A stretch of 64,000 nt of DNA from a virus, in IMG/VR virus record IMGVR_UViG_3300006919_000043, positions 13,727 to 77,726 of that record. One strand, written 5' to 3'. Below are positions 1 through 8,405 of this stretch, piece after piece. How positions within the stretch are numbered: the stretch's first letter is position 1; every line of letters starts with the position of its first letter. A program made the translations under genes and the position numbers. The notes under the pieces are model-generated. The model did no database searches, was not told where the DNA came from, and saw only the letters and a list, made by a program, of their open reading frames with translations.

Positions 1-2
1 AT

Positions 3-191
3 GAAGATTTCAATGGTGAAAAACTGGCGTGGAATGAACAGAAAGGCTGGACTGTCCAAGAGGTTCTTGATGCACAGGCCGAAGCCTATAATCAATTGAG
101 TGCTGGTAATGAAACCTTAGACAGATCTGACTTCTCCGATGCGGAATGGGCTGAATGGATTGAAGAGATTTTACAGGAGGAATCGGCATGA
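3..191 (+). CDS. Hypothetical protein, 5'-truncated (acidic C-terminus)
   Basis: Frame 3 is open from the window edge (EDFNGEKLAW...EESA*); its stop overlaps the ATG at 188 (ATGA coupling). Confidence 0.65.
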   Translation, partial: EDFNGEKLAWNEQKGWTVQEVLDAQAEAYNQLSAGNETLDRSDFSDAEWAEWIEEILQEESA

Positions 192-577
192 GTGATTCAC
201 CACAAGACACCAACATTTACTATGCCCGTATCAAGAAACTTCAAGAGTCTATTGACGAATTAGAACATGAACATCAGCGCATGATTAAATGGATGGAGGG
301 CATTGATGAAAGGCTCGGTGCGGTTGAAACAACCACCCATGATGAACAAATAGAGCGTAAATTAAACACGGCTGTTTGTGATAAGGTGGGAAAGACCATT
401 GAAGATGCCATAGATGATGCACTTTCTTTTATTGATGTCGGTTCTCTTATGGTTGAAACCGCCAAAGCGGTCGAGGAATTGCATGAGAAATTGACGGAAA
501 AATATCCCAATATGTATTTCGGCCAAGATCAGTTAGTCCGAAGGATGAATAAATGGAGGCGAGATAGTGTCCGATAA
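188..577 (+). CDS. Hypothetical coiled-coil protein
   Basis: 129-aa ORF coupled to its neighbours; heptad-like N-terminus. Confidence 0.7.
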   Translation: MSDSPQDTNIYYARIKKLQESIDELEHEHQRMIKWMEGIDERLGAVETTTHDEQIERKLNTAVCDKVGKTIEDAIDDALSFIDVGSLMVETAKAVEELHEKLTEKYPNMYFGQDQLVRRMNKWRRDSVR

Positions 578-881
578 TCGTTACAATCAATCCTTGCATG
601 GTAAGATTGAAACATCTTTCAGTGCTGGTGAAGAAGTCCATGTCTTGACACAAGATGCCCATGATAGCCGCATAATGAACATTAGAGTCTATCGTGTTGC
701 GCCAAACAGGACAGGTCATGTCGGTTACACAAAGAAGGGATTTTATCTTACAGAAGATGAAGCACTGGAATTGCGTGACATGCTCAATAAGTTACTAAGC
801 GAGGAAAACATGTCCGAATTGTTTGATAAGACGGACAAAAAAATGAAGCCAGTATCTAACAAATTGGAGGCTAAAGAATGA
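567..881 (+). CDS. PC4/YdbC-like ssDNA-binding protein
   Basis: RIMNIRVY...YTKKGFYLTEDEALELRDML matches the PC4 pattern (xDIRxW...KG+xLT.EE...L). Confidence 0.7.
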   Translation: MSDNRYNQSLHGKIETSFSAGEEVHVLTQDAHDSRIMNIRVYRVAPNRTGHVGYTKKGFYLTEDEALELRDMLNKLLSEENMSELFDKTDKKMKPVSNKLEAKE

Positions 882-1354
882 AGCCAAAGGCATTTTCTCA
901 AGAATGGAAAGATTCGTATTTAGAAAAGTGTTACGATCTTGCTAATCACTTAATCGCCAGCGAAGGTTGGCGACTGGCACCACCCATTGAAGGGGAATTA
1001 GATACATGGGTCGGGATATGCGATACTGCACACGACTTATGGCTGAATGCCGTTGGTCGCATAGGCAGGGCACCACAGCCGTTGCTTGTGGATTGCCTGT
1101 ATATATGTGCTAAACTGTCGGGCAACCGTGTTGGTATCAAGGCCATCAAGCGTGCGACTAAGGATTTGTGGGGCAAGAGCATAGAGGTATTGCCCCTTGA
1201 CAGGAGAAGGGATAACAGGCGTTGGGTATGGGCATATCGCTACGAGATACTACAACACTATCCCGATGAAGCCGCATGGGAGGATTTCGTAGGTGCGTGG
1301 AGAGATAAAGTAGTCGATCCTGCATACTTTGATGAGGGTGAAAATCATGATTAG
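878..1354 (+). CDS. TFB/TFIIB cyclin-repeat-like protein
   Basis: GRAPQPLLVDCLYICAKLSGNRVGIKAI resembles the TFB cyclin repeat GKSPxGLAAAALYIAxxxxGxxxTQxEVA. Confidence 0.55.
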   Translation: MKPKAFSQEWKDSYLEKCYDLANHLIASEGWRLAPPIEGELDTWVGICDTAHDLWLNAVGRIGRAPQPLLVDCLYICAKLSGNRVGIKAIKRATKDLWGKSIEVLPLDRRRDNRRWVWAYRYEILQHYPDEAAWEDFVGAWRDKVVDPAYFDEGENHD

Positions 1355-1400
1355 AGAATGGTTAGATCTGGTGTTTCGGCTCATAACATGGGATTGGTGA
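1347..1400 (+). CDS. Putative 17-aa Trp-rich micropeptide (MIREWLDLVFRLITWDW)
   Basis: GGGTGA RBS just upstream; fills the gap between two coupled genes. Confidence 0.4.
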   Translation: MIREWLDLVFRLITWDW

Positions 1401-1404
1401 TAGG

Positions 1405-1692
1405 ATGTTAGGTATTGACGAAGATGGATTTGAAATAGGCGCACGATGGGTGAACAATCACACTGGTGATGTAGCACGAATGGTGGGGGCTAACACTGTA
1501 TGTATCGGCAATCGTGGTGTTCGTGTCTTTCGCTTAGAGTATGAAGATGGTTCGATATACAAAAGGGAGGCTGTCAAGTATAAGTTTGATTTTATCAGCA
1601 ATTACGATGAGGAATCACTAAGAAAACATTTCACACATTTACCACCACTGGCCGAACATCTTGCCAGTATTTTACCGGATAGCGAGGAATGA
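1405..1692 (+). CDS. Hypothetical protein
   Basis: GGTGA RBS; stop overlaps the next start. Confidence 0.65.
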   Translation: MLGIDEDGFEIGARWVNNHTGDVARMVGANTVCIGNRGVRVFRLEYEDGSIYKREAVKYKFDFISNYDEESLRKHFTHLPPLAEHLASILPDSEE

Positions 1693-3137
1693 GCATGAGC
1701 GTCAATTTCCGCCACATCTCCGCTTGCTGTCGCCAAGCATACAATGGTGTTAGGCGACCTGCGGTTGTAGCGGAATCAGCGTTTGCGCTCTCTCCCCGTG
1801 ATATACCACAACTGATAGACTTCTTTTACGAGGATAGTCGCATTGACAGGAAATTGACTGATGAGGATTTGCGTGAGATATTTTATCATCTCACCGACCT
1901 TTACCCCGAAGAATGTCAAGACGATCCCGACATCGTTGATTTATTGTCAAACCTTGCACCAAAGGATAAGGAAACGAGAATGACATTTGCTTTTGCATAT
2001 CAAAGAATGCAAGACATACTAAATGAAACAGACAACCGTATTCGTGCATTTGCTGTTCGTGTTGTGTTGAAGCGTAGTGAACCTAAAGACGCATACTGGT
2101 TCCTCCTTCGTTTGACACGAACCGCCAACCCTTTCAAGAGGCGTGATATTATACACGCACTGGCTAAACACTACGACATACCGGCTGAAAGGTTGAAGCG
2201 TGAATCAATGTTCACTACATTGAAGGAATTGGCTGTTAGGGCTAATGAGGACAAACTGGTTGGTGTTCCCACTATTGGTGAGCGTATGCTATTACCGCTA
2301 CCAAGAAGGCACACCGACATAGAAAAGCCGTTCTCTAAGATGGCTATGGAGGTAATTCGTGGTGAAAGACTGACGCTACATACACACCCGACATTCTATT
2401 GTTTGACATACGATCCGCATGGTGAACAAATTGATACTGACGACATAGACACTACACAATTAACAGCGTGCTTGCCGAATGGAATATACATCGTTGAACA
2501 CACACCACAAGACGATTTCCCATTGAAAGTGTGTGATGCTTTGCATGTAGTGGACACTGATATTTTCGACAAAGACTACAATGCAAGAAGGGAATGGCTT
2601 GAGGAAACTGTTTCGGATTTACTACTCAAAGAAATAGAGCGTGTTGATAACATGAAGCAAGTGATAGGTGCCGCACCTAAGAATGGCGTTGTTTTCTTGC
2701 ATAACCTTGAGGCGAACACTACCTTCACTACTTCACCTAATGAAACTGTATTGTTCAGCACAAAACACAGGGGAGAGGTATTCCGTGTGTTGGGTGGTGT
2801 GTGGAGGCATGAGCCAGCCAAAGGTCTTGCATTGACTGGCTGGCGTATTGGTGCCCGTGATGGGATCGATGGTTACTATGAGGTTGGAACAATTACAGCC
2901 GAGCCGGATGTGCAAAAGCGTCTATTCCGTTTGACTGAAAAATCCACAGCCGCCGAAGGCACAAGGGTGGACATGAAAGGTGCTACCTTTGTTGAGGTTG
3001 AAATCCATACAACCGACTATGATGAGCGAGGAATACACCTTCAAGGTATTATCACTGATTTAGCACCGAGTATGGGTATATCCGATGTGGTTGCTGTGGA
3101 GGATATTGAGTATTTGGTTGGTGATGTTGATGAATGA
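1689..3137 (+). CDS. ATP-dependent DNA ligase-fold protein, probably catalytically inactive
   Basis: Helical N-terminal DBD-like region; motif I region MEVIRGERLTLH has no Lys (cf. EYKYDGER); IIIa-like VCDALHV...YNARREWLE; C-terminal OB-like region (VLGGVW...WRIGAR...YEVGTI...FVEVE). Confidence 0.7.
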   Translation: MSMSVNFRHISACCRQAYNGVRRPAVVAESAFALSPRDIPQLIDFFYEDSRIDRKLTDEDLREIFYHLTDLYPEECQDDPDIVDLLSNLAPKDKETRMTFAFAYQRMQDILNETDNRIRAFAVRVVLKRSEPKDAYWFLLRLTRTANPFKRRDIIHALAKHYDIPAERLKRESMFTTLKELAVRANEDKLVGVPTIGERMLLPLPRRHTDIEKPFSKMAMEVIRGERLTLHTHPTFYCLTYDPHGEQIDTDDIDTTQLTACLPNGIYIVEHTPQDDFPLKVCDALHVVDTDIFDKDYNARREWLEETVSDLLLKEIERVDNMKQVIGAAPKNGVVFLHNLEANTTFTTSPNETVLFSTKHRGEVFRVLGGVWRHEPAKGLALTGWRIGARDGIDGYYEVGTITAEPDVQKRLFRLTEKSTAAEGTRVDMKGATFVEVEIHTTDYDERGIHLQGIITDLAPSMGISDVVAVEDIEYLVGDVDE

Positions 3138-3498
3138 AAATGACATCGCTTTGTTGTATTTGGCTACAAATGCGAGGTTTAGAATTGCCTCACGCTTGAC
3201 CACAAGAAGCCAAACTGGCTACCAAATACGCCCCGAATGCGATATTATGGGAAGAAAGACAATACCCGCTAAAGTAAGCAAATTACTCAAGTCGCAAGGG
3301 CTACCAGTCCAGCAACGCTATACTAAACCCGAACATCTAACGAGGTTATTGCGTTTAGTAAAGCCATTCAAAGACTTCACTAAAGATCCCGAAGGCTATG
3401 AAAGTGTGGTGAATTGGGAACATTGGGATGAGGAACCTTTGAAAACTCATGCTGATGTGCTTGACATCTTAGGGAGGTTGGAAAATGAATCTGTTTGA
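3130..3498 (+). CDS. Degenerate LAGLIDADG-fold DNA-binding protein
   Basis: YLATNARFRIAS...TGYQIRPECDI...LLRLVKPF follows the single-motif LAGLIDADG topology without the acidic residue. ATG at 3130 with GGTGA RBS is preferred over 3085. Confidence 0.5.
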   Translation: MNENDIALLYLATNARFRIASRLTTRSQTGYQIRPECDIMGRKTIPAKVSKLLKSQGLPVQQRYTKPEHLTRLLRLVKPFKDFTKDPEGYESVVNWEHWDEEPLKTHADVLDILGRLENESV

Positions 3499-4054
3499 AG
3501 ATGAGTCATTGGACACAAACGACTGGTTCTCCGTGTGCCCTAATTCTGTGGATATTATATTTGAGGAAAAGAAGCATGGTTTGTTTTACACTATGCGCCA
3601 ATTTATGACAAACTGGGATAGGTTGGAGGTTGCTAAGATGTTGTTGAAAACACAATCAAGCGAGCGCATGATACTCGATACCATGAATTGCACAATCCCC
3701 AACAATCCAGTAATACAATTTGTAGCAAGGGAATTGACGCTTCGTGTTGACCCTAAGATCTTATTCACTATACTGGCACTGTCAAACGACGGCACCAGTC
3801 GAGGTAAGATATTGTTTCCCGATAAGCAGAAGGCTGTGCCAAAGCACCTGCTGAAAGTGTTTGGGTTGCGGCCAACCGAAGGTGAGTGGTTTGAGCCAAT
3901 TACTGGGAGAATAGAGAATGTTCGGGCTGTCGTTTCACTGTTGAAAGACAGCGATTATGAACACATCATACATGATAAACCAACGGTCTTAAATTTTGAA
4001 GAAGAACAGGGCACTGCGACCCTGTTTAGCGGTGAATGGGGGTCAAGACAATGA
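3485..4054 (+). CDS. Hypothetical protein, possible clamp-loader accessory (RFC-L/gp62-like) subunit
   Basis: 189-aa helical protein directly before RFC-S; C-terminal QGTATLF resembles a clamp-binding tail. Confidence 0.45.
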   Translation: MNLFEDESLDTNDWFSVCPNSVDIIFEEKKHGLFYTMRQFMTNWDRLEVAKMLLKTQSSERMILDTMNCTIPNNPVIQFVARELTLRVDPKILFTILALSNDGTSRGKILFPDKQKAVPKHLLKVFGLRPTEGEWFEPITGRIENVRAVVSLLKDSDYEHIIHDKPTVLNFEEEQGTATLFSGEWGSRQ

Positions 4055-4056
4055 CA

Positions 4057-4071
4057 CCGAATCTTTTATAC
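4057..4071 (+). promoter_or_regulatory. Archaeal BRE/TATA-like promoter upstream of the RFC-RPA-PCNA-PolB operon
   Basis: CCGAATCTTTTATAC in one of the few intergenic gaps, about 40 nt before ATG 4112. Confidence 0.5.
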
Positions 4072-4111
4072 CCAAGCCCCTATTGGGTTGAACCCTGCGA
4101 GAGATGATACT

Positions 4112-5071
4112 ATGACGCAATTATGGATGAAACACAGACCCGACCGATTGAACGATATGGTTGGGCTTGAGGAATTGAAACTTGATGTTCCTAACTGGGT
4201 TGTCTATGAGCAAAACAAGCACAAACTCCGATGTGGTGGTGTTATCTTCTTTGGGTCAAGCGGCACTGGTAAATCCAGTGGTGCGAGAGCCATAGGTATG
4301 GATCTTTTGGGCGATTCATTCTCGCAGAACTTTCACCCCTTCAATGCCTCCGATGATAGAGGAATACAATTTATCCGTAACAGGTTGAAGCCTCTTGCTG
4401 AACAGCGAGCCGTTGGGCATGATTTCAAGATTATATTCCTTGATGAAGCCGATGGGTTGACTAATGATGCTCAAGACGCACTTAGAGAAATCATTGAGTC
4501 AACGGGCACACATGTCCTTTGGATATTGGCGTGTAACCGTATTGGTCGCATTATCCCAGCCTTGAGGTCAAGGCTACCTGCATACAATTTTACTCCCTTG
4601 AACGGTGATGATGCCGAAGGTTTCATCTTGCGTATCATAGAACAAGAGGACTTGCCTCAAGAATGGCTTGACTCCGTTCCACAATTGGTGAAGAAATACA
4701 AAGGTGATATGCGTGCCTGTTTGAAACTTCTCCAAACTCTCAATCCAAAAGACGCTGATGCTTTGAGTCGAAGCGTGGAGAAAGATACAGACGGGATTAG
4801 AAGTCTTTACTCGGCTATGGCTGGTGCTGGTGAATTGATTGAATTATCAAGCGATTTAGTAATACAGCGAGGTTATTCCCGTGATGATATTATTGATGGT
4901 ATGCACGATGCGATTATCCATCATTACAATGAAGGTGATGTGGGGCAAGCGGTTGCCCTCAAGCACCTTATGATACTGGGTCAGTGGGCGGCAAGATCTT
5001 CCGACTGGCTATCAAGCGATGTCCTATTCCTCCAATCAATGGTTGGGGATTACAGACAAAGAGGTTTTTGA
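4112..5071 (+). CDS. rfcS: Replication factor C small subunit (clamp loader AAA+)
   Basis: WMKHRP, Walker A GSSGTGKS, FNASDDRGI, Walker B IFLDEADGLT, ALRSRL (SRC-like), GDMRA. Confidence 0.93.
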   Translation: MTQLWMKHRPDRLNDMVGLEELKLDVPNWVVYEQNKHKLRCGGVIFFGSSGTGKSSGARAIGMDLLGDSFSQNFHPFNASDDRGIQFIRNRLKPLAEQRAVGHDFKIIFLDEADGLTNDAQDALREIIESTGTHVLWILACNRIGRIIPALRSRLPAYNFTPLNGDDAEGFILRIIEQEDLPQEWLDSVPQLVKKYKGDMRACLKLLQTLNPKDADALSRSVEKDTDGIRSLYSAMAGAGELIELSSDLVIQRGYSRDDIIDGMHDAIIHHYNEGDVGQAVALKHLMILGQWAARSSDWLSSDVLFLQSMVGDYRQRGF

Positions 5072-5072
5072 A

Positions 5073-6413
5073 ATGAGCGAAAATAGAGAATTAGGTAACG
5101 AATGTATTGAAGAAGCGAGCAAGATATTGGGTATCAGTGTTGAAGAAGCACGGGCATCCTTTGGTTCGTGGATGAACGAAACTTTCCCCGATATGTGGGA
5201 TATGGTCGGTAAAACGATTGATGGTCTTGATGATGATGATTACAATGACTTTGCTGATATGTTCGTTTGTGCAAACCGCCCAACAGGCGGTGGCGGTGGT
5301 TCCGGTGAGGAATGGGTCGGTGCATTCATTGGTTTTGATAGAAGAATTGACTTGATGAAAAGAAAGCGTGAAATGGCTATTGACATAGCCACTGCTGATT
5401 TATCGGGTGCTATCAATAACGGTTTCACTTACAATGGTAACAAGGTCGGTATAGGTCGAGCCTTTACTGCTGATGGTGTTTGGCGTGCTGAACACAGTGC
5501 GGGCACCTTCGTGTCCACTGTGGCTTCCGATACTACACCGGACTGGGTTATCCCTCTCAATGAGAAACTATCTATTTGTATGCTCAAGCCGGACAATACC
5601 CCACAGCGTGCATCAGCACTGAAATCTGTATGGGCGTTTCATGGCAATACCAAAGAGCAATTCCTTGAGATCGGTCCGATCACAATCGCTGTTGAGGGTG
5701 CCTTTGAGGCCGCAAAGCATGACTGGAAACTATTTACTCCTGTAACCATTAAAGGTAAATTCGATGAAGAAGGTTGGAAGGGTAGCGGTGCTACTCTCAC
5801 TGTTTCATCACCAAACGCTGAATATGGCCTTGACTGGGTTCCCGATGGCAAAAAGCGTGAAACCTGTGAAAAACTATTCCAGCCCGACCAGTATCTTACT
5901 ACCACTGGTGAATGCGCTGTGAATGTCAAGGATTTACTACAACACCACTTAGATAACCGAAGGGAATCTTATGTTGACCGTAATGGTGTTCAGCGATATG
6001 ATGGTGCTTTGGTTGCTGTTGTGGGTGGTGTCATGGACATCAACCATGAAGGCCGTGAAACCGAATGGGATCCAACAGGCCGTGATTACTACTTATCTAT
6101 CAGCACACAGGTTCTAAGGCGGGAAAATCCAAACGCTCGCATTGGTATCAAAGTCGGTGGATTACTCAAAGAGAATCACAATGGGCTATCTGTGCTGAAA
6201 GGTGGAGAATGGGTGCCGTTTGCTAAAGGCTCAAGAATTTGGGTTGTTGGCCGCACTGATTCATACATGAACCAAGACGGTGATGAGGTAGTCAGCATTC
6301 AAGCGCAGGGTATCTATGCCATCCCACACAAATCTATTCCAGCACGCAAGCCAAGCGAGGACAGCAACGATCTCGGCAACCTAAGTGGCTTCGGTGTCGG
6401 GGGTGATGAATGA
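5073..6413 (+). CDS. Replication protein A-like OB-fold ssDNA-binding protein
   Basis: OB-like strands (VAVVGGVMDI; IWVVGRT...VSIQAQGIY), acidic tail, located in the replisome operon. Confidence 0.55.
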   Translation: MSENRELGNECIEEASKILGISVEEARASFGSWMNETFPDMWDMVGKTIDGLDDDDYNDFADMFVCANRPTGGGGGSGEEWVGAFIGFDRRIDLMKRKREMAIDIATADLSGAINNGFTYNGNKVGIGRAFTADGVWRAEHSAGTFVSTVASDTTPDWVIPLNEKLSICMLKPDNTPQRASALKSVWAFHGNTKEQFLEIGPITIAVEGAFEAAKHDWKLFTPVTIKGKFDEEGWKGSGATLTVSSPNAEYGLDWVPDGKKRETCEKLFQPDQYLTTTGECAVNVKDLLQHHLDNRRESYVDRNGVQRYDGALVAVVGGVMDINHEGRETEWDPTGRDYYLSISTQVLRRENPNARIGIKVGGLLKENHNGLSVLKGGEWVPFAKGSRIWVVGRTDSYMNQDGDEVVSIQAQGIYAIPHKSIPARKPSEDSNDLGNLSGFGVGGDE

Positions 6414-7609
6414 TGGGAACAGGATTCTTAGACGGCTTCAAAGAAAAGAAGGGTAACTACGAACCACCAACCAAAGAGGCTGGTGGTAACAAGAAGGCTA
6501 AGGCGAAGCCAAAGGCCAAACCTGCACCGAAGAAGCAAGAGCAAATTCCTATCGAGGCATTGGTTGACGATGCACCGCCAGTGGTTGACCACGAACCGGA
6601 GGAACCGGTTGAGGAACCTATGCCACAGCCACCTGCAAAGCCTAAACCTTCACCGAAGGCCAAAGGCGACTCTCACCTTGACCGTGTTAATTCTTCTATT
6701 GCTAACATGATTAGACAGGCAAGAAACAGCGTTCCAATCCAAACCTATGTTATGTGTGGTATCGCTGGTATGCCTAAGACTGGTAAGACTGGTATGGTTC
6801 TTGACAGCCTTACAGAACAAGAAGTGCAAAATGGTGCTGAAATATGGCATATTGATTTTGATTTGGGTGGAGAAACTACAAAGGCGGCTCACCATCAAGA
6901 CAAGATGGACAACCTTGTGGTGCTTAATCCGTGGGTTTTCAATTACGGACAAAGCCGTGTGCCTTACGATTTCCCAGCCACATTCCAACAGACTATTGAC
7001 ATACTAAAGACAGCACAGGCTCAAATGCAAGCACAGAATGATTACTATGCTGAACATGGTAAGATGCCTAACCCGTATCTAAAGACTGTCGTGTTCGATG
7101 GTGCCGACCATTGGTTACATATCACTGAAACCTGTATGAAGGTGGATGATTTGGATTTGGGTGTTGACGGTATTGCTGTATCAAGCAAGAAGGCTACTAC
7201 ACAGATCGGTCGTTTCAATTGGAATATCCGTGCTACACGATACCAAACCGCTATGGTTGCTCTCCGTGAGTTATGTCGTGGTGGTGTTCACTGTTATGTC
7301 ATTACACACATGAAGCCAGCATACGATTCATCGGGTAATGAATTATCCGGACAGCATTCTCCAAAGTGGCTCAAAGATACCGAAGGACATCTTCAACAGG
7401 TTATTCATACCGAGTTAGAAGAAGAAAGGAATGAGCAAGGTGAATTGACTGGTGTAGTGCGTGGCTACGCTGTTATTGTTGCCGACAGGACTTCACTGCA
7501 AGCCAGTGGTCGTGTTCTGTTGTTTGAGCGCAACCAAGACGGTGGTGTTTGGCACGGATGGCAAGGACTCAAGACTGGCGATTTCAATGTTTTAAGGGGC
7601 GATGAGTGA
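6410..7609 (+). CDS. Sak4/AAA_24-like RecA-fold ATPase (recombination)
   Basis: Walker A GMPKTGKT, IDFDLG, Walker B VVFDG, VITH; Pro/Lys-rich disordered N-terminus. Confidence 0.75.
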   Translation: MMGTGFLDGFKEKKGNYEPPTKEAGGNKKAKAKPKAKPAPKKQEQIPIEALVDDAPPVVDHEPEEPVEEPMPQPPAKPKPSPKAKGDSHLDRVNSSIANMIRQARNSVPIQTYVMCGIAGMPKTGKTGMVLDSLTEQEVQNGAEIWHIDFDLGGETTKAAHHQDKMDNLVVLNPWVFNYGQSRVPYDFPATFQQTIDILKTAQAQMQAQNDYYAEHGKMPNPYLKTVVFDGADHWLHITETCMKVDDLDLGVDGIAVSSKKATTQIGRFNWNIRATRYQTAMVALRELCRGGVHCYVITHMKPAYDSSGNELSGQHSPKWLKDTEGHLQQVIHTELEEERNEQGELTGVVRGYAVIVADRTSLQASGRVLLFERNQDGGVWHGWQGLKTGDFNVLRGDE

Positions 7610-8403
7610 TGGTGGTTGCTGTAACTTTACATCAACACACAATCAAGCATTTCCTAAATGCGTTCAAAGGCATGGATGATTTGGTTATCAGCATAGGTGA
7701 AAGCGGTATTAGTGCGGCTGGAACAATGGACAAAGCATACTTTGTATCTCGCCACTTTCAATATCGTAACGAAGAAGAATGTCACACTGCTGGTGACATA
7801 GCACTGGGTCAATTGTCCACCTTTGCCGCACTTGTTGAAGAATGTGGTAATGGTGGTGAATTGGTTAAGATCTCCTTAGACGACAAAGGCGTGTTAAGGG
7901 TGGTTGGTGACAGTCAAGATTTCAAAATGCCGACAATCCAAACCGCTACATCACAGGCCGGTGTATCAGTAATCAAAAAACAAATTGCCCTGTCAGCCGA
8001 CACGGAATACAAGACATTTGGTAACGATGAAATACCGTTTGACTTTGGTATGTGGTTTTGGGCACATGACTTTACGACTTTACAGACGACTGGTAAATCA
8101 ATACAGAACGGTGCATTGTTTTGCCTATCGGTCGAAAGCGACAACACACTCAATCTCGGTGTTCAGCGTGATTCTATCCGTATGAATGCCAACCTTGAAC
8201 CCGAACCTCCACACACTGTGTTAAACGACACAGTAATGTGGTTTGGAAAGTGGCTGATGGATGCTCTTAGGGCTATGCCTAAGACTGGGGTAATCCATTT
8301 GCACGGTGGTAACAATACGCCTTTGCTCATAAGACATGAGTTAGACGGCATCATGTCCACCACCGCTATCATCGCACCCCGCCAAGAGGAAAGCGGGGAG
8401 TAA
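7606..8403 (+). CDS. pcn: Sliding clamp (PCNA-like)
   Basis: 265 aa; DLVISIGESGI...; C-terminal GNNTPLLI...IIAPRQEE matches the PCNA end; immediately precedes PolB. Confidence 0.75.
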   Translation: MMVVAVTLHQHTIKHFLNAFKGMDDLVISIGESGISAAGTMDKAYFVSRHFQYRNEEECHTAGDIALGQLSTFAALVEECGNGGELVKISLDDKGVLRVVGDSQDFKMPTIQTATSQAGVSVIKKQIALSADTEYKTFGNDEIPFDFGMWFWAHDFTTLQTTGKSIQNGALFCLSVESDNTLNLGVQRDSIRMNANLEPEPPHTVLNDTVMWFGKWLMDALRAMPKTGVIHLHGGNNTPLLIRHELDGIMSTTAIIAPRQEESGE

Positions 8404-8405
8404 TT

